From the NCBI GenBank assembly GCA_963802945.1, contig CAWDKY010000014.1, forward strand, positions 64,001-128,000: 64,000 nucleotides of DNA, in the 5' to 3' direction. Both the position numbers and the translations under genes were made by a program. Of this stretch, positions 23,376-34,443 are shown piece by piece. The notes beneath the pieces are model-generated. The model saw only the letters and a list, made by a program, of their open reading frames with translations, was not told the origin of the DNA and did not search any database. Position 1 is the stretch's first letter. The number at the start of each line of letters is the position of its first letter. This stretch comes from an uncultured delta proteobacterium. GTDB lineage: Bacteria; Desulfobacterota; RBG-13-43-22.

Positions 23376-23789
23376 ATGCTCAGTCCAAAGAAAGTTAAAT
23401 ATCGTAAGCAGCAAAAAGGCCGGATGCGAGGGGCCGCCTACCGTGGTTCGAACCTGGGGTATGGCGACTTTGGGCTTCAGGCCTTGGAATGTGGGCGATT
23501 GACGGCCCAACAGATCGAAGCGGCCCGTATTGCCATGACCCGCTCCATTAAGCGAGGCGGTAAGATCTGGATATGCATTTTCCCCGATAAACCGATTACC
23601 AAGAAACCGGCTGAAACCCGAATGGGAAAGGGGAAAGGTGCCCCTGAGGCCTGGGTGGCGGTTATTCGCCCGGGACGTATGATTTATGAAATGGAAGGCG
23701 TATCCAAGGAAGTGGCCGACGAAGCCTTGCGGTTGGCTGCTCATAAACTTCCCATCAAGACCAAAATTGTGGTTAGGAGCCTGTTGTGA
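23376..23789 (+). CDS. rplP: 50S ribosomal protein L16
   Basis: [19 protein letters not shown]. Confidence 0.99.
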   Translation: MLSPKKVKYRKQQKGRMRGAAYRGSNLGYGDFGLQALECGRLTAQQIEAARIAMTRSIKRGGKIWICIFPDKPITKKPAETRMGKGKGAPEAWVAVIRPGRMIYEMEGVSKEVADEALRLAAHKLPIKTKIVVRSLL

Positions 23790-23980
23790 AAGCCAGCGAA
23801 ATAAAAGATTTGACCTTCGAGGAGTTAAAGTCCAAAGAAAAAGAGATGCAGGAGACCCTGTTTAATCTGCGGTTTCAACATGCGACGGGCTTGCTGGAAA
23901 ATACCATGCGTATTCCGATGATTAAAAAAGATTTGGCTCGGATCAAGACCGCTATTCGAACCAAGATGACAGCGGAGTAG
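23786..23980 (+). CDS. rpmC: 50S ribosomal protein L29
   Basis: [16 protein letters not shown]. Confidence 0.98.
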   Translation: MKASEIKDLTFEELKSKEKEMQETLFNLRFQHATGLLENTMRIPMIKKDLARIKTAIRTKMTAE

Positions 23981-24003
23981 AAAAAACCGAAGGGGTTTAA
24001 GAT

Positions 24004-24261
24004 ATGGAAAAGAGGGGCAGTCAAAAGACGTTAACCGGGATTGTAGTCAGTGATCAAATGGAAAAATCTGTGGTGGTTTCGGTTGAACGATTGGTGAAAC
24101 ATCCCGTATATCAGAAGTATATTCGAAGGAAGGCCAAATTTTTGGCCCATGATGAAAAAAACGAGTGCCGAATCGGGGATCGGGTTTTGCTGACGGAAAC
24201 ACGTCCTCTGAGCAAGCAGAAGCGATTTAAGATCAGCAAGATCTTAGAGAAAATGGAGTAG
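24004..24261 (+). CDS. rpsQ: 30S ribosomal protein S17
   Basis: [18 protein letters not shown]. Confidence 0.98.
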   Translation: MEKRGSQKTLTGIVVSDQMEKSVVVSVERLVKHPVYQKYIRRKAKFLAHDEKNECRIGDRVLLTETRPLSKQKRFKISKILEKME

Positions 24262-24279
24262 AAGGCAAGGTGATCCCTG

Positions 24280-24648
24280 ATGATACAAACGCAAACCAAA
24301 TTGGATGTGGCCGATAACTCCGGAGCCAAAAAAATATTTTGTATCCGGGTCTTGGGGGGAACTCGCCGCCGGTATGCCCGGATCGGGGATATTATTGTAG
24401 TGTCCGTCAAGGAGGCTATTCCGAATGCCAAGGTTAAAAAAGGGGATGTGATGAAGGCCGTGGTGGTTCGGACTAAAAAGGAGATATCCCGTCCTGACGG
24501 TTCTTATATTAAATTTGATGATAATTCGGCGGTGTTGATCAATCAGCAACGGGAGCCTGTCGGGACCCGAATTTTCGGCCCGGTGGCCAGGGAACTCAGG
24601 GCCAAAAATTTTATGAAGATAATATCTCTCGCTCCTGAAGTGCTATAA
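24280..24648 (+). CDS. rplN: 50S ribosomal protein L14
   Basis: [20 protein letters not shown]. Confidence 0.99.
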   Translation: MIQTQTKLDVADNSGAKKIFCIRVLGGTRRRYARIGDIIVVSVKEAIPNAKVKKGDVMKAVVVRTKKEISRPDGSYIKFDDNSAVLINQQREPVGTRIFGPVARELRAKNFMKIISLAPEVL

Positions 24649-24664
24649 AAAAGAAGGATCGGCC

Positions 24665-24997
24665 ATGATAGGGCAAAAAATGATATTGAAAAAAAACGAC
24701 AAGGTCATGGTTATTTCGGGAAAAGAAAAGGGTAAGGTCGGTAAAATACTCAAAATCTTTTCGAAAAAAAACCGGGTGATCGTCGAGAAAGTAAACTATA
24801 TCAAGCGGCATACGCGTCCCGGAGGAAAGGTCAGCAAAGGGGGCATCATTGAAAAAGAAGCCCCTCTTCATGTCTCCAATGTGATGCTCATCTGTGGGAA
24901 ATGCACCGACCCGGTTCGGGTGGGTTTTCAGAAGCAGACGGATGGGACAACAGTCCGCATTTGTAAAAAATGCGGGGAGATTCTGGAGAATAAATAG
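24665..24997 (+). CDS. rplX: 50S ribosomal protein L24
   Basis: [20 protein letters not shown]; two CxxC pairs. Confidence 0.98.
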   Translation: MIGQKMILKKNDKVMVISGKEKGKVGKILKIFSKKNRVIVEKVNYIKRHTRPGGKVSKGGIIEKEAPLHVSNVMLICGKCTDPVRVGFQKQTDGTTVRICKKCGEILENK

Positions 24998-25019
24998 CCG
25001 GAAAAGGATAAAGTCAGGC

Positions 25020-25559
25020 ATGCCCAGATTAAAAACGTTTTATGAAAAAGAAGTCAGACCCCAGTTGATCAAGGAGTTTAATTATAAAAATATTATGGAG
25101 GTCCCCAAGTTGCAAAGTGTGGTGCTCAATATGGGCCTTGGGGAGGCCATTCAAAATATCAAGATCATGGATAATGCCGTAGAAGAATTGGCCCTTATTG
25201 CCGGACAAAAACCGGTTATTACCCGAGCCAAAAAATCCATTGCTTCATTCAAATTGCGGGAAAAAATGCCCATCGGATGTATGGTAACCTTAAGAAGAGA
25301 CCGGATGTATGACTTCCTGGATAAATTGATCCACGTTGCCTTGCCCCGGGTCCGGGATTTTCGGGGGGTTTCACCAAAATCCTTTGACGGCCGCGGCAAT
25401 TATACTTTGGGAATACGCGAACATATTATTTTTCCGGAGATCAATTACGACAAAATAGACAAGATCAAGGGCTTGAATATCACTATTGTAACCAGCTCGA
25501 AGACGGATGAAGAAGGCCGACTCTTGCTGCAATTATTGGGGATGCCTTTTCGTAATTAA
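25020..25559 (+). CDS. rplE: 50S ribosomal protein L5
   Basis: MPRLKTFYE start; [16 protein letters not shown]. Confidence 0.99.
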   Translation: MPRLKTFYEKEVRPQLIKEFNYKNIMEVPKLQSVVLNMGLGEAIQNIKIMDNAVEELALIAGQKPVITRAKKSIASFKLREKMPIGCMVTLRRDRMYDFLDKLIHVALPRVRDFRGVSPKSFDGRGNYTLGIREHIIFPEINYDKIDKIKGLNITIVTSSKTDEEGRLLLQLLGMPFRN

Positions 25560-25636
25560 TCCATAGAGGCCGACCCAAGGGGTATTCAGGAAAAGTGATC
25601 CAGGAATAAAACCGGGAAAAAGAAGGAGAAGACACA

Positions 25637-25822
25637 TTGGCAAAAACGTCTTTAATGATTAAGGCCGGCCGGACCCCCAAATTCAAAGTCCGGTCCTATA
25701 ATCGATGTCCCCTATGTGGACGCCCCAGGGGTTATATACGAAAATTTGGGATATGCCGCATCTGCTTCCGGATGATGGCCCTCAAGGGGGATATCCCCGG
25801 TGTGGTTAAATCTAGTTGGTAG
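25637..25822 (+). CDS. rpsZ: 30S ribosomal protein S14, Zn-binding short type
   Basis: 61 aa, RCPLCGRP...ICRICFR. Confidence 0.97.
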   Translation: MAKTSLMIKAGRTPKFKVRSYNRCPLCGRPRGYIRKFGICRICFRMMALKGDIPGVVKSSW

Positions 25823-25865
25823 TAACAATATATTTATAAAGGAACCGAAAAAGGAGTAGAAATTT

Positions 25866-26264
25866 ATGGGCATGACCGATCCCATTGCCGATATGCTGAC
25901 CCAAATGAGAAATGGCAGTTCAGCCAAATTCAGCAAAGTGGATATCCCTGCTTCCAAGATTAAAATACATATCGCCCGGATATTGAAAGATGAGGGATAT
26001 ATCAAAAATTTTAAGGTCATTAAGGACAATCGCCAAGGGTTGCTTCGCCTTTATCTGAAGTATGACGAAAAAAACCAGCAAGTCCTTTCCAACATCCGAA
26101 GGATCAGCCGCCCCAGCCGGCGTCATTATGCCAAAAAAGATAATATCCCCAAGGTATTGAATGGGATGGGCTTATCCATTTTATCCACGTCCAAAGGGGT
26201 AATGACCGAGCGGGAAGCCCGAAAACACGGGGTGGGCGGCGAAATTATCTGTACGGTCTGGTAG
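25866..26264 (+). CDS. rpsH: 30S ribosomal protein S8
   Basis: MTDPIADML, ILSTSKGVM. Confidence 0.99.
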   Translation: MGMTDPIADMLTQMRNGSSAKFSKVDIPASKIKIHIARILKDEGYIKNFKVIKDNRQGLLRLYLKYDEKNQQVLSNIRRISRPSRRHYAKKDNIPKVLNGMGLSILSTSKGVMTEREARKHGVGGEIICTVW

Positions 26265-26293
26265 ATTGCCAATAGGTTATTTAGGAGGAAGAT

Positions 26294-26833
26294 ATGTCAC
26301 GGGTTGGAAAAAAACCCATTCCGATACCCAATGCAGTAAAGGTTGTGTTGACCAGTGAGGGGGTAACGGTAAAAGGCCCTAAGGGGGAGTTAAACCGTAG
26401 TATGCCTCCCCAATTGTCTATAACAGTGGAAGGGAACCAGGTCCTCATTCACCCTCAGGATGACAGCCAAAAAGTCAGGGCCTTGTTCGGATTATTTCGG
26501 ACCCTGGTGGCCAATATGGTCAAAGGAGTGGCCGAAGGGTTTGAACGGGTTTTAGAGATTCAGGGTGTAGGGTATCGAGCGGAAATTCAAGGCAGCCAAC
26601 TGGTATTGAATCTCGGATATTCTCATCCCGTTCCCTTTCAATTGCCGAAAGGGATTTCCGCCCAGGTGGAAAAACAAACCCGGGTTATTCTCAGCGGCAT
26701 CGACCGTGATCTTTTAGGATTGACGGCTGCCCGAATTCGGAGATTCAGACCACCGGAACCCTATAAGGGTAAGGGAATAAGATATCAGGAAGAAAAGATC
26801 CGCAGGAAGGTCGGGAAAACCGGCGCAAAATAA
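26294..26833 (+). CDS. rplF: 50S ribosomal protein L6
   Basis: MSRVGKKPI, RPPEPYKGKGIRY. Confidence 0.99.
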   Translation: MSRVGKKPIPIPNAVKVVLTSEGVTVKGPKGELNRSMPPQLSITVEGNQVLIHPQDDSQKVRALFGLFRTLVANMVKGVAEGFERVLEIQGVGYRAEIQGSQLVLNLGYSHPVPFQLPKGISAQVEKQTRVILSGIDRDLLGLTAARIRRFRPPEPYKGKGIRYQEEKIRRKVGKTGAK

Positions 26834-26847
26834 TAAAAGAGGAAAAT

Positions 26848-27213
26848 ATGGAATCCGTAAAGAAAAAAAAATTGGCCCATCTGAAAAGAAAAAGACGGGT
26901 CAGGAAAAAAATCTGGAGCAGTGAAACAAGACCCCGGCTTTCTGTTTTCCGCAGTGCGCGTAACATATATGCCCAGATTATTGTCGATACGACCGGACAA
27001 ACCCTGGTCCAGGTCTCTAGTTTGAGCCCGGAAATCAGAGCAATCAAGGTCCCCGGGAAGGTGGCGGTGTCCCAAAAGGTGGGGACCCTTCTGGCCCAAA
27101 AGGCCATGGAGAAAGGGATTAAAAAAGTGGTTTTTGATCGAAACGGTTTTTTGTATCACGGCCGGATCAAGGCCGTGTCAATAGCCGCCCGGGAAGCCGG
27201 GTTGGAGTTCTAA
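26848..27213 (+). CDS. rplR: 50S ribosomal protein L18
   Basis: RPRLSVFRS, FDRNGFLYHGRIKA. Confidence 0.99.
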   Translation: MESVKKKKLAHLKRKRRVRKKIWSSETRPRLSVFRSARNIYAQIIVDTTGQTLVQVSSLSPEIRAIKVPGKVAVSQKVGTLLAQKAMEKGIKKVVFDRNGFLYHGRIKAVSIAAREAGLEF

Positions 27214-27225
27214 GAGGGGACGATA

Positions 27226-27723
27226 TTGGCAGACTACAATTCAAAGGATAATCAATTAATCAACAAGGTGGTTCATATCAGCCGGGTAGCCAAAGTGGTT
27301 AAAGGGGGCCGGCGTTTCAGCTTCAGCGCCCTGGCTGTAGTCGGAGATGGAAATGGAAAAGTGGGGGCTGGTTTAGGCAAGGCCAATGAAGTCCCTGAAG
27401 CCATCCGTAAGGCCATGGAAAAGGCCAAAAGAGAGATGAAAGAATTCGCCTTAATGGATCAAACCATTCCTCATGAGGTCGTCGGTTGCTTCGGGGCAGG
27501 ACGTGTTTTGCTTAAACCGGCTTCGAAGGGAACAGGAATTATTGCCGGCGGGGCCGTTCGGGCGGTTATGGAGGCCGTAGGGGTGCAGAACATTTTAACC
27601 AAATGCTTAGGATCTAATAATCCTCACAATGTGATCCGGGCTACGCTTGAAGGTTTGAAAAATCTGAACAGCCCTGAAATGATCGCCCAAAAAAGAGGCA
27701 AAACCGTGGCGGAAATCAGGTAA
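27226..27723 (+). CDS. rpsE: 30S ribosomal protein S5
   Basis: [22 protein letters not shown]. Confidence 0.99.
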   Translation: MADYNSKDNQLINKVVHISRVAKVVKGGRRFSFSALAVVGDGNGKVGAGLGKANEVPEAIRKAMEKAKREMKEFALMDQTIPHEVVGCFGAGRVLLKPASKGTGIIAGGAVRAVMEAVGVQNILTKCLGSNNPHNVIRATLEGLKNLNSPEMIAQKRGKTVAEIR

Positions 27724-27728
27724 CCCCT

Positions 27729-27911
27729 ATGAAAAAGAAGATGATACAAATTACGTTACGCAAAAGCGGAATCGGCCGGCCGCCTAAGCATCGTCGAACC
27801 CTCGGGAGTTTAGGGTTGACTAAAATGAATAAGACCATAACCCGTCAAGATACACCGGAATTGCGAGGGATGATTCGCCAAATCTCCCATCTGGTGGAAG
27901 TTAAAGAATGA
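27729..27911 (+). CDS. rpmD: 50S ribosomal protein L30
   Basis: ITLRKSGIG, LGLTKMN, position between rpsE and rplO. Confidence 0.96.
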   Translation: MKKKMIQITLRKSGIGRPPKHRRTLGSLGLTKMNKTITRQDTPELRGMIRQISHLVEVKE

Positions 27912-27956
27912 TGAATTTGTTAAAAGTCATCAAAGAGTGAGAATGGAGTTGCAGGG

Positions 27957-28424
27957 ATGGATCCAAAGCCAAAAGGCACGACATATCATTTGGGAAATTT
28001 ATCGCCGGCCCCCGGTTCCAGAACAAAACCTAAACGGATTGGCCGGGGAATAGGCTCCGGGCATGGGAAAACCGCCACCCGGGGAACCAAAGGCCAGAAG
28101 TCGAGGTCCGGAGGAGGGGTTCGACCGGGGTTTGAAGGGGGGCAAATGCCTATCCAAAGAAGGCTCCCTAAGCGGGGTTTTAAACCTATAAGCAGAATTT
28201 CCTTTACCCTGATAAATATCCGAGATCTCCAATCGTTCGCCAGCGGATCTACGGTGGATGTGCCGGCCCTGATCCAGAAGGGGGTCATTCGGCACCTAAA
28301 AGATTCGGTAAAACTTTTAGGACACGGAGAGGTTCAAATCCCTCTGTTTGTTAAGGTCAATAAATGCAGTCAGGGGGCAAGACAGAAGATTGAAGCTGTC
28401 GGAGGAACGGTAGAGGTAATTTAG
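27957..28424 (+). CDS. rplO: 50S ribosomal protein L15
   Basis: RIGRGIGSGHGKT, FEGGQMPIQRRLPKRGF. Confidence 0.99.
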   Translation: MDPKPKGTTYHLGNLSPAPGSRTKPKRIGRGIGSGHGKTATRGTKGQKSRSGGGVRPGFEGGQMPIQRRLPKRGFKPISRISFTLINIRDLQSFASGSTVDVPALIQKGVIRHLKDSVKLLGHGEVQIPLFVKVNKCSQGARQKIEAVGGTVEVI

Positions 28425-28488
28425 ATTTTAACTTCAGATTACGAAATTTTAACAAACCGATTGTGACATGAAATAACTGAAATAATAA

Positions 28489-28562
28489 GGTTCCTGGTTA
28501 CGAGTTACGGATCCATGAAGCGAATGACTTTTCTTGAGAACCCCCAACACGCAACTCGTAAC
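28489..28562. repeat. heptamer-unit hairpin (RGTTACG / CGYAAC)
   Basis: ggttcct ggttacg agttacg ... ccccaac acgcaac tcgtaac. Confidence 0.6.
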
Positions 28563-28636
28563 AATGGACAAGTGAGATGTAATCTCAAAAAATCAATCGA
28601 TACGGACTTAAAGACCAAGATAAGAGAAAACAAACA

Positions 28637-29947
28637 ATGATCGGCGGCTTCCAAAATATTACCAAGATTCCTGAACTAAAGAAAAAGATCTGGTTTTCCC
28701 TGGCCATGTTGGCCATCTATCGGGTGGGAGTGCATATCCCTGCTCCGGGTATCGATGCCGTGGCTTTGGCGGCCTTCTTCAAAAGGGCCCAGGGAACCCT
28801 GTTCGGCCTTTTTGATATGTTTTCCGGTGGTGCCCTTGAGCATATGTCTGTCTTTGCCCTGGGGATTATGCCTTATATCAGTTCTTCAATTATCCTGGAC
28901 CTCTTAACCGTAGTCATTCCTTACTTGGATAAATTAAAAAAGGAAGGGGAAGCCGGCCGAAAAAAGATTACCCAATATGCCCGCTATGGGACCGTTGTCC
29001 TTTCCCTTTTTCAGGGTTTTGGGATTGCCGTCGGGATGGAGAATATGTCCGGGCCTGGCGGGGCTCCGGTGGTTGTTCAAGCCGGTTGGGCTTTCCGTTT
29101 AATGACTATGATCACCCTCACTTCCGGTACGGCCTTTATCATGTGGCTGGGGGAACAGATCACCGAACGGGGAATAGGCAACGGGATTTCTTTGATTATC
29201 TTTGCCGGTATTGTGGCCCGCCTGCCAAGCGCCCTATCCGCTACCTGGCAATTAGTGCGGACCGGCGAGATAAATTTTGTCTTTATTTTATTAATAGGGG
29301 TGTTGGCTGTCGCCGTGATCGGGTTTATTGTTTTTGTCGAACGGGGGCAGCGCAGGATCCCGGTTCAATATGCCAAGCGGGTAGTGGGCCGAAAGATTTA
29401 TGGGGGGCAAAGCACGCATCTTCCTCTGAAGATCAATACTTCGGGGGTCATACCGCCCATCTTTGCCTCTTCGATTCTTATGTTTCCGGCCACGATAACC
29501 CAGTTCGTCCAGATCCAGTGGCTGAGCCAGTTCTTCAGTAAATATATGCATGGGGGGAGTTTGCTCTATGCTCTGATTTATGTCGGATTTATTTTTTTCT
29601 TTTGTTATTTTTACACCGCGGTGACCTTCAACCCGGTCGACGTGGCCGATAATATGAAAAAATACGGCGGGTATATTCCGGGAATCCGGCCCGGCAAGCG
29701 AACCGCGGATTATATTGACAGGATATTGACCCGCATCACTTTCGGCGGGGCCATTTATGTATCAGCGGTTTGCATTTTACCTCAAATATTGATTTATCGT
29801 TTCAAGTTACCTTTTTATTTTGGAGGAACAGCCCTGCTGATTGTGGTCGGGGTGGCCATTGATACCATGGCTCAGATCGAATCGCATATGCTGACTCGTC
29901 ATTACGAAGGGTTTATGAAAAAAGGGATAGGTAGAATTAGGAGGTAG
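28637..29947 (+). CDS. secY: preprotein translocase subunit SecY
   Basis: FALGIMPYISSSII, WLGEQITERGIGNG, IPGIRPG. Confidence 0.99.
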   Translation: MIGGFQNITKIPELKKKIWFSLAMLAIYRVGVHIPAPGIDAVALAAFFKRAQGTLFGLFDMFSGGALEHMSVFALGIMPYISSSIILDLLTVVIPYLDKLKKEGEAGRKKITQYARYGTVVLSLFQGFGIAVGMENMSGPGGAPVVVQAGWAFRLMTMITLTSGTAFIMWLGEQITERGIGNGISLIIFAGIVARLPSALSATWQLVRTGEINFVFILLIGVLAVAVIGFIVFVERGQRRIPVQYAKRVVGRKIYGGQSTHLPLKINTSGVIPPIFASSILMFPATITQFVQIQWLSQFFSKYMHGGSLLYALIYVGFIFFFCYFYTAVTFNPVDVADNMKKYGGYIPGIRPGKRTADYIDRILTRITFGGAIYVSAVCILPQILIYRFKLPFYFGGTALLIVVGVAIDTMAQIESHMLTRHYEGFMKKGIGRIRR

Positions 29948-29964
29948 TCTTAAACAACCAAAGA

Positions 29965-30058
29965 TGATGGACTCGTAAAAAGTCATCAAATAGTATACGG
30001 CACAGTAAAAAGCTATCCCGCCAAAAGCGGGACAGATGGACTTTTTACGAAGCTGCCA
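29965..30058. mobile_element. short non-autonomous element with ~23-bp imperfect terminal inverted repeats (TGAYGGNNTCGTAAAAAGTC)
   Basis: tgatggactcgtaaaaagtcatc ... gatggactttttacgaagctgcca; single ends of the same family at 27909-27932 and 51822-51861. Confidence 0.6.
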
Positions 30059-30070
30059 AGGAGGAGATAA

Positions 30071-30712
30071 ATGAATTTAGTTTTATTGGGACCACCGGGG
30101 GCCGGCAAAGGGACCCAGGCCAAGATGATGATCGATCATTATGGGATCCCTCAAATTTCAACCGGTGATATATTAAGAGCGGCCTTGAAAGAGAGAACTT
30201 CTTTGGGATTAAAGGCCAAAGAATATATGGATAAAGGGCTTTTGGTTCCTGATGAAGTGGTTATTGATATCATCAAGGATCGGCTAAAAGAAGACGATTG
30301 CCAGAATGGATACATACTGGACGGATTTCCCCGCACCGTTGCCCAGGCCCAGGCCTTGGACAGGGTGCTGGCGGCTATGAATTCGGGAATTGATCATGTT
30401 ATTTCCATTGAAGTGGAAAAAGGGGAATTGATCAAACGTCTGACCGGACGGCGGACTTGTCGTCAATGCGGTCGGGGATATCACGTCATTTTTGATCCCC
30501 CGCTGAACAAGGATCTCTGCGACAAATGCCAGGGTGAACTCTATCAACGGGATGATGATAACGAAGATACGGTCCGGAATCGTTTGGAGGTTTATGATTC
30601 GCAGACCTTCCCTCTCATCCAATTTTATAAAGAGAAAGGTCTGGTCCGATCGATTGATGGGCAGGGCGGAATTCAACAGATTTTCGACAGGATTGTTAAA
30701 GCTCTTTCGTAA
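30071..30712 (+). CDS. adk: adenylate kinase (Zn-lid type)
   Basis: GPPGAGKGTQA, LDGFPRT, CRQC...CDKC lid. Confidence 0.99.
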   Translation: MNLVLLGPPGAGKGTQAKMMIDHYGIPQISTGDILRAALKERTSLGLKAKEYMDKGLLVPDEVVIDIIKDRLKEDDCQNGYILDGFPRTVAQAQALDRVLAAMNSGIDHVISIEVEKGELIKRLTGRRTCRQCGRGYHVIFDPPLNKDLCDKCQGELYQRDDDNEDTVRNRLEVYDSQTFPLIQFYKEKGLVRSIDGQGGIQQIFDRIVKALS

Positions 30713-30715
30713 GGT

Positions 30716-31489
30716 TTGAAGATGATCTTCCTGAAATCCCCGGAGGAGATCGAAAAAATGAGTGCCTCGGGGAAATTGGTGGCTGAAATTCTTCTGGAGA
30801 TCCGAAATCGGATCAAACCAGGGGTGACTTCTCAGGAATTGGACCAGTTGGCCACCCGACTTTCTCTAAAAAAAAAGGCCCGCCCGGCATTTAAAGGATA
30901 TCACGGATTTCCTTTCAGTTTGTGTGTTTCGGTCAACGAAGAAGTTGTTCATGGCTTTCCGTCCGGGCGGAGACTGGTGGACGGAGACATTGTCAGTTTG
31001 GATTTCGGTGTTTACCTGGATGGTTATTACGGAGACGCAGCCTTGACCCAGGCTGTAGGACAGACAACGCCTCAGGCTGAAAAATTGATTAGAGTCACCA
31101 GAGAAGCGCTGTTTAAGGGCCTGGACCAGGTACGAGCCGGAAGGCGGGTGGGAGATATCTCTTTTGCCGTTCAACAATATGTCGAGAGTCACAAATTTTC
31201 AGTGGTTCGTCAGTTCGTCGGACACGGCATAGGCAAGTCCCTTCACGAAGACCCTCAGGTCCCCAATTTTGGAGAAGAAGGCCGGGGGATTCTCTTAAAA
31301 CCGGGAATGGTTTTGGCCATAGAACCTATGGTCAATGCCGGGAGCAGTGAAGTGGAAATCAAAGCCGACGGCTGGACGGCGGTCACCAAAGACAGAAGTC
31401 TATCAGCCCACTTTGAGCATACGATAGCCATAACGGAGAATGGCTCTCGGATTTTAACTCAGGCCGGTAACGGGGCACCTCTTTTTTAG
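30716..31489 (+). CDS. map: methionine aminopeptidase type I
   Basis: [28 protein letters not shown]. Confidence 0.98.
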   Translation: MKMIFLKSPEEIEKMSASGKLVAEILLEIRNRIKPGVTSQELDQLATRLSLKKKARPAFKGYHGFPFSLCVSVNEEVVHGFPSGRRLVDGDIVSLDFGVYLDGYYGDAALTQAVGQTTPQAEKLIRVTREALFKGLDQVRAGRRVGDISFAVQQYVESHKFSVVRQFVGHGIGKSLHEDPQVPNFGEEGRGILLKPGMVLAIEPMVNAGSSEVEIKADGWTAVTKDRSLSAHFEHTIAITENGSRILTQAGNGAPLF

Positions 31490-31494
31490 AAATT

Positions 31495-31713
31495 ATGCCC
31501 AAAGAAGACGCTATTGAAGTGGAAGGCACGGTAGTTGAAACTCTGCCGAATGCTATGTTCAGAGTAACACTGGATAATGGGCATCGGGTCCTGGCCCATA
31601 TATCAGGGAAAATGCGTATGCATTTTATAAAAATTTTACCGGGAGATCGGGTGACGTTGGAACTGTCGCCTTATGATTTTAACCGGGGTCGAATAACGTA
31701 CAGAGCAAAATAA
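31495..31713 (+). CDS. infA: translation initiation factor IF-1
   Basis: [17 protein letters not shown]. Confidence 0.99.
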   Translation: MPKEDAIEVEGTVVETLPNAMFRVTLDNGHRVLAHISGKMRMHFIKILPGDRVTLELSPYDFNRGRITYRAK

Positions 31714-31719
31714 AAAATA

Positions 31720-31805
31720 GGAGTCAAGGAGTTAAGGATTCAAGTAAAAGGATTAGATTAAGAAGTAATTCACTTGAATTCTCGGATCCTTAACTCCTCG
31801 ATCCC
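31720..31805. repeat. octamer-unit hairpin (GGAKTYAA / TTRAMTCC)
   Basis: ggagtcaa ggagttaa ggattcaa gt ... ac ttgaattc tcggatcc ttaactcc tcgatccc. Confidence 0.8.
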
Positions 31806-31818
31806 TTTGAGGTTTATC

Positions 31819-31932
31819 ATGAAAGTAAAGGCATCCGTAAAAAAGATCTGCAGTAAATGCAAAATAATTCGGCGCAGAGGGGTTGTGCGGGTGTTATGCG
31901 ACAATCCTAAACACAAACAACGCCAGGGATAA
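31819..31932 (+). CDS. rpmJ: 50S ribosomal protein L36; below ORF-track size limit
   Basis: Hand translation [37 protein letters not shown]. Confidence 0.98.
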   Translation: MKVKASVKKICSKCKIIRRRGVVRVLCDNPKHKQRQG

Positions 31933-31948
31933 GAAGGGGAGGACTGGT

Positions 31949-32320
31949 TTGGCCAGAATAGCGGGAATTGATTTACCGAAAAATAAAAGGATAGAAGTGG
32001 CCTTGACCTATATCTATGGGATTGGGCGGGCTACCTCCAAGAAGATTTTGGAGGAGGCCCAAATCGCTTTGGATACCAAAACCGATCAGTTGACAGAAAC
32101 CCAGATCGCCCAAATCCGAAAGGCGGTTGACAGTACCTGCCGGGTGGAAGGGGATCTGAGAAGAGAAATCTCCACGAGTATTAAACGGTTGATGGATACG
32201 GGGACCTATCGGGGCTTGAGACATCGAAAATCTCTTCCGGCCCGCGGACAACGAACCCATACCAATGCCCGAACCCGCAAAGGGCCGCGTCGAACGCTGG
32301 CTGGCAAAAAGAAAAAATAA
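31949..32320 (+). CDS. rpsM: 30S ribosomal protein S13
   Basis: TTG start after GGAGG; [23 protein letters not shown]. Confidence 0.99.
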   Translation: MARIAGIDLPKNKRIEVALTYIYGIGRATSKKILEEAQIALDTKTDQLTETQIAQIRKAVDSTCRVEGDLRREISTSIKRLMDTGTYRGLRHRKSLPARGQRTHTNARTRKGPRRTLAGKKKK

Positions 32321-32335
32321 CTTTCTGGGGGAATC

Positions 32336-32731
32336 ATGGCCAAAGAGGTAAAAAAGACCGTTAAGAAAAGAAAAGAAAAGAAAAATATCCCTATCGGGAT
32401 TGTCCATATTCAGTCCACCTTCAATAATACGATCATCACGATTACGGACCCCAACGGGAACGTGGTCTCCTGGGCCAGCGCGGGCACTCAAGGGTTTAAA
32501 GGTTCTCGGAAAAGCACCCCTTTTGCCGCCCAATTGGCGGCCGAGGAGGCTGCCAAAAAAGCGATGGATAACGGGATGCGTTCCGTGGACGTTTTCATTA
32601 AAGGCCCGGGAGCAGGGCGGGAAGCGGCCTTGAGGGCCTTGCAGGCGACGGGTTTTCAGGTCAAATTGATCCGGGATGTGACTCCCATCCCTCACAATGG
32701 GTGTCGTCCTCCCAAAAAACGAAGGGTTTAA
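32336..32731 (+). CDS. rpsK: 30S ribosomal protein S11
   Basis: [24 protein letters not shown]. Confidence 0.99.
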   Translation: MAKEVKKTVKKRKEKKNIPIGIVHIQSTFNNTIITITDPNGNVVSWASAGTQGFKGSRKSTPFAAQLAAEEAAKKAMDNGMRSVDVFIKGPGAGREAALRALQATGFQVKLIRDVTPIPHNGCRPPKKRRV

Positions 32732-32763
32732 TCCCTAAATCATCCATTCATAGGAGGAACAGG

Positions 32764-33390
32764 TTGGCTAGATATAGAGATTCGGTCTGCCGATTGTGCC
32801 GGCGGGAAAACTTAAAAATGTTTCTTAAAGGGGATCGGTGTTATTCGGACAAATGCGGATTTGAACGACGCAGTTATCCCCCGGGGCAACATGGCCAGGG
32901 GCGCGGCAAGCATTCAGAATACGGGATTCAGCTTCGAGAGAAACAAAAAGTCAAATGGATGTACGGGTTGCAGGAATCTCAATTCAGGGGAACTTTCGCC
33001 CGGGCCGAGCGATTGAAAGGGATTACCGGAACCAACCTTTTGGTTCTCCTGGAGAGGCGGTTGGACAATGTGGTTTTTCGATTAGGTTTTTCAAATTCTC
33101 GAAGTCAGGCTCGACAATTGGTTCGACATAATCATTTTCTGGTGAACGGCCGAGGGGTCAATATTCCTTCTTTCCTCTTGAAAAAAGGGGATACGGTGTC
33201 AGTCAAAGAGAAGAGCCGGAAGATGGCGTCCATTATTGAATCCATGGAGGCGGTTGCTCGCAGAGGGATTCCACAATGGTTGGAACTCGAGAAAACACAG
33301 TATTCCGGAGTCGTTAAATCTTTACCGGTTCGGGAGGATTTAACCATGCCTATTCAGGAACAGCTGATTGTCGAACTCTATTCCAAGTAA
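32764..33390 (+). CDS. rpsD: 30S ribosomal protein S4 (Zn type)
   Basis: TTG start after GGAGG; [21 protein letters not shown]. Confidence 0.99.
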   Translation: MARYRDSVCRLCRRENLKMFLKGDRCYSDKCGFERRSYPPGQHGQGRGKHSEYGIQLREKQKVKWMYGLQESQFRGTFARAERLKGITGTNLLVLLERRLDNVVFRLGFSNSRSQARQLVRHNHFLVNGRGVNIPSFLLKKGDTVSVKEKSRKMASIIESMEAVARRGIPQWLELEKTQYSGVVKSLPVREDLTMPIQEQLIVELYSK

Positions 33391-33426
33391 TTTTCACCTC
33401 TTTTGGGAAAAGTTTAAGGAGAGCAT

Positions 33427-34443
33427 ATGTATCGGAACTGGCGAGAACTGATAAAGCCCAAAAGGCTGGAAGTGGATCCGGATGGTCACAGTCGATTTTA
33501 TGGGAAATTCATCTGTGAACCTTTGGAACGAGGTTTTGCGATTACCCTGGGAAATGCTTTGCGAAGGGTCCTTATTTCTTCACTTCAAGGGGCGGCTATT
33601 GTCTCCGTGAAGATTGATGGGGCTCTCCATGAATTTTCCATTCTACCCGGGGTGGTGGAAGATGTCACCGATATCATCTTGAATCTTAAGGCGGTTCGTT
33701 TGAAGATGCACGGGGAAGAACCGCGGACGATCAAGCTCAATGCCAATAAGGAAGGGGTGGTTCGGGCCGGTGATCTGATTTGTGATCATCAGGTGGAGGT
33801 CTTGAATCCCGAGCTTCCCATTGCCACGCTTTCAGCCGACGGCCGATTGAAGGCCGAAATGACGGCTAAAATGGGTAAGGGGTATGTCCCTTCGGAGAGA
33901 AATAAGGTGGAAAACGCCCCCATTGGGACAATCTTTTTGGACAGTGCTTTTTCTCCGATCAAAAAGGTGACCTACGTCGTGGGTAATGCCCGAGTCGGTC
34001 AAATCACGGATTACGACAAGCTGACCCTGGAGATCTGGACGGATGGCAGTCTCACTCCGGAAGATTCAGTGGCCATAGCGGCCAAGATTTTAAAAGAGCA
34101 GTTGACCCCTTTCATCAATTTTGAAGAAGAAATCGAAGAGCCGGAACGGAAGGAAGTCATTCGTCCGGAGGAACAAGTCAATCAGAATTTATATAAGAGC
34201 GTCGAAGAGCTGGAACTTTCCGTTCGATCGGCCAACTGTCTTAAAAATGCCGATATCCGCCATATTTGGGAACTGGTCCAAAGGACGGAACCGGAAATGT
34301 TAAAGACCAAGAATTTCGGTCGGAAATCGTTGAATGAGATCAAAGCCATATTGGATGAAATGGGTTTGCATTTAGGGATGAAGCTGGATGGGTTTGTACC
34401 CCCCTTGCCGGAAGAAAAGAAGGGAAAGGATAATGAGACATAA
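33427..34443 (+). CDS. rpoA: RNA polymerase alpha subunit
   Basis: [26 protein letters not shown]. Confidence 0.99.
   Translation: MYRNWRELIKPKRLEVDPDGHSRFYGKFICEPLERGFAITLGNALRRVLISSLQGAAIVSVKIDGALHEFSILPGVVEDVTDIILNLKAVRLKMHGEEPRTIKLNANKEGVVRAGDLICDHQVEVLNPELPIATLSADGRLKAEMTAKMGKGYVPSERNKVENAPIGTIFLDSAFSPIKKVTYVVGNARVGQITDYDKLTLEIWTDGSLTPEDSVAIAAKILKEQLTPFINFEEEIEEPERKEVIRPEEQVNQNLYKSVEELELSVRSANCLKNADIRHIWELVQRTEPEMLKTKNFGRKSLNEIKAILDEMGLHLGMKLDGFVPPLPEEKKGKDNET

Noticed and set aside
2355-33390. Zn-ribbon forms of L33, S14, L36, S4, L24 and Adk as a novelty
   Set aside because: These are common ancestral forms in anaerobes.
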